Shown here piece by piece: positions 62,427 through 64,000 of a stretch of DNA of 64,000 nt. The stretch lies in contig JBHGNT010000010.1 in NCBI GenBank assembly GCA_043228905.1, positions 12,648,001 through 12,712,000 of the forward strand, in the 5' to 3' direction. The notes under the pieces are model-generated. The model worked only from the letters and a program-made list of their open reading frames with translations. It was not told the origin of the DNA and did no database searches. Every line of letters starts with the position of its first letter. Within the stretch, counting starts at the first letter, position 1. Made by a program: the position numbers and the translations under genes. Origin of the DNA: Azolla caroliniana (lineage: Eukaryota > Plantae > Polypodiophyta).

Positions 62427-64000
62427 GTGTCGTAGAATAATCCTAAGCTTTTCGTTGATGCTTGCGCAAAATATAAATATTGTTTATTTCTAATCAATGA
62501 TTGCAGTATTAAAAAGCACGCAAAATGTGATCCATTGTAGTCTAGTTGGTTAGGATACTCGGCTCTCACCCGACAGTCCCGGTTTCCACTCCGGGCAATG
62601 GAAACGAAAATGTAAAATATTAAATTTCCGACGAATATAATGCGTTATCTGTTTGATAACTCAAAAACTCGAGACCTAAAGTAAATGTTACAATAATGTA
62701 CAGTTAACAAAACAATCAATATTATGTTTGAAGCATTGATGACGAACTTTACTTTGATATTTCCCTCCTAACTTCAATTTGTAAACTTAATCCCATTATT
62801 TGATTAATGGTAGAAGTTTCAAATGAAATTGGACAAAACATTATGTTGTTCAAGACAACAAGAAACAGTATATTTGGTTGTGGTTATTTGTAAACATTGG
62901 TACAACAAATTAGTACACCAACAATTATAGTTTGGATAACTCGATACAATTTGAAACAATACGCATAGATTGTAGAATAATGGTCAACTGTCGATCAAAA
63001 TTGCACCATGTTTCTTTACTTTTAACAAAGGAATAGAATGGTACATTAACTAATTCATTTACTAAATGAATTCCATTGTAATCAAATTTCCTCGGATCCT
63101 TGCTTTTTACCTGAAACGCCCGGGTACAATTAGATATCTGAGATATCATGAGTTAATGTGGAATATATAAAAACCCTTGAAATTATTAAATCTTAAAAAT
63201 GAGATTGCAAGATTAAAAAGCACACAAAATGTGATCCATTGAAGTCTAGTTGGTTGTGATACTCGGCTCTCACCTGAGAGACCCGAGATCAACTCCCGGC
63301 AATGGAAACGATTGGGCATATAGTACACCAACAATTATACTTTAGATAACTTGATACAATTTACAAAAATACACATAGATTGTCAAATAATGATGAATTT
63401 TCGATGAAAATTACACCATGTTTCTTTATTTGAAGTAAAGCAGTAGAATATTACATTCACTAATTCATTTACTAAATGAATTCCATTGTAGTCTAGTTGG
63501 TTCGGATCCTTGTTTTTTACACAAGACTCCCAGGTACAACAATTGGAATGGCAAAAACTAGATACATCATAGATCATGAGTTAATATCACATCGATAAAA
63601 ACCCTCAGTTTCTCGTGGATGCTTGCGCAATATATAAATATTATTTATTACTAATCAATCATTACAAAATTAAAAAGTACACTAGATATGATCCATTGTA
63701 GTTTAGCTGGTTAGGATACTTGGCTCTCACCTTAGAGACCCGGGGTGAACTACCAGCAATGGAAACGACAATATCATATATAAAATTCTCGACACATATT
63801 ATGTGTTAATTGTTTGATAACTCAAAAAATCAAGCTCTAAAGTAGTTGTTAGAATAATGTAAAATTAAGAAAATAATCAAAATTATGTTTGAAGGATTGA
63901 TGACGAACTTTGCTTTGATATTTTTCTCCTAACATCAATTTCTAAACTTAATCCCATTATTCAATTAATAGTATAGGTTTCAAATGAAATTTGACAAAAC
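62423..64000 (+). repeat. tRNA-Glu tandem array, segment 5 (runs off the window)
   Basis: Same monomer; near-identical to 27990-29500. Confidence 0.97.

Larger units (their letters stand above)
57440..64000 (+). repeat. Higher-order duplication of ~21170-29500 (array plus hammerhead element)
   Basis: Shared diagnostic variants (cagtttcgagtcaatgc; tatgttgtagatgttagaat; cgacagtcccggtttccactccggg) and identical element junctions; offset 36274 before the element and 34433 after it. Confidence 0.92.

Noticed and set aside
5653-63577. Numerous 60-100-aa ORFs inside the tandem array (e.g. 5653-5880, 13400-13687, 32995-33297, 48088-48390)
   Set aside because: Chance frames in AT-rich satellite. They resemble each other only because the DNA is repeated, overlap tRNA copies on either strand, and show no domain motifs.

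Overview
Eukaryotic, AT-rich, repeat-only window with no host protein-coding gene; the plant-type tRNA-Glu and plant-type LINE/Gypsy fragments suggest a land plant (inference). About 85% of it is a head-to-tail tandem array on the + strand with a full monomer of ~760-800 bp. Each monomer carries a 73-nt tRNA-Glu gene or pseudogene (consensus TCCATTGTAGTCTAGTTGGTTAGGATACTCGGCTCTCACCCGAGAGACCCGGGTTCAACTCCCGGCAATGGAA; roughly 70 copies by eye, only a few with intact cloverleaves). It also carries a second, older tRNA-Glu relic ~255 bp upstream of the main copy. The array is organised into multi-kb higher-order duplications. Insertions into it are: (i) two copies (22957-27993, 59231-62426) of a non-coding element with ~570-600-bp direct repeats, each containing a minimal type I hammerhead ribozyme and C-strand telomere-like repeats, with no TSD, resembling a non-autonomous Penelope-like/retrozyme element; (ii) a 5'-deleted Ty3/Gypsy (integrase, PPT, 3' LTR) nested in the first copy only; (iii) a 313-bp 5'-truncated LINE-like insertion with an A-tail and 13-bp TSD; (iv) a 1.85-kb internal LINE ORF2 fragment on the - strand whose junction falls exactly at a tRNA 5' boundary. 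All alignments and counts were made by eye.
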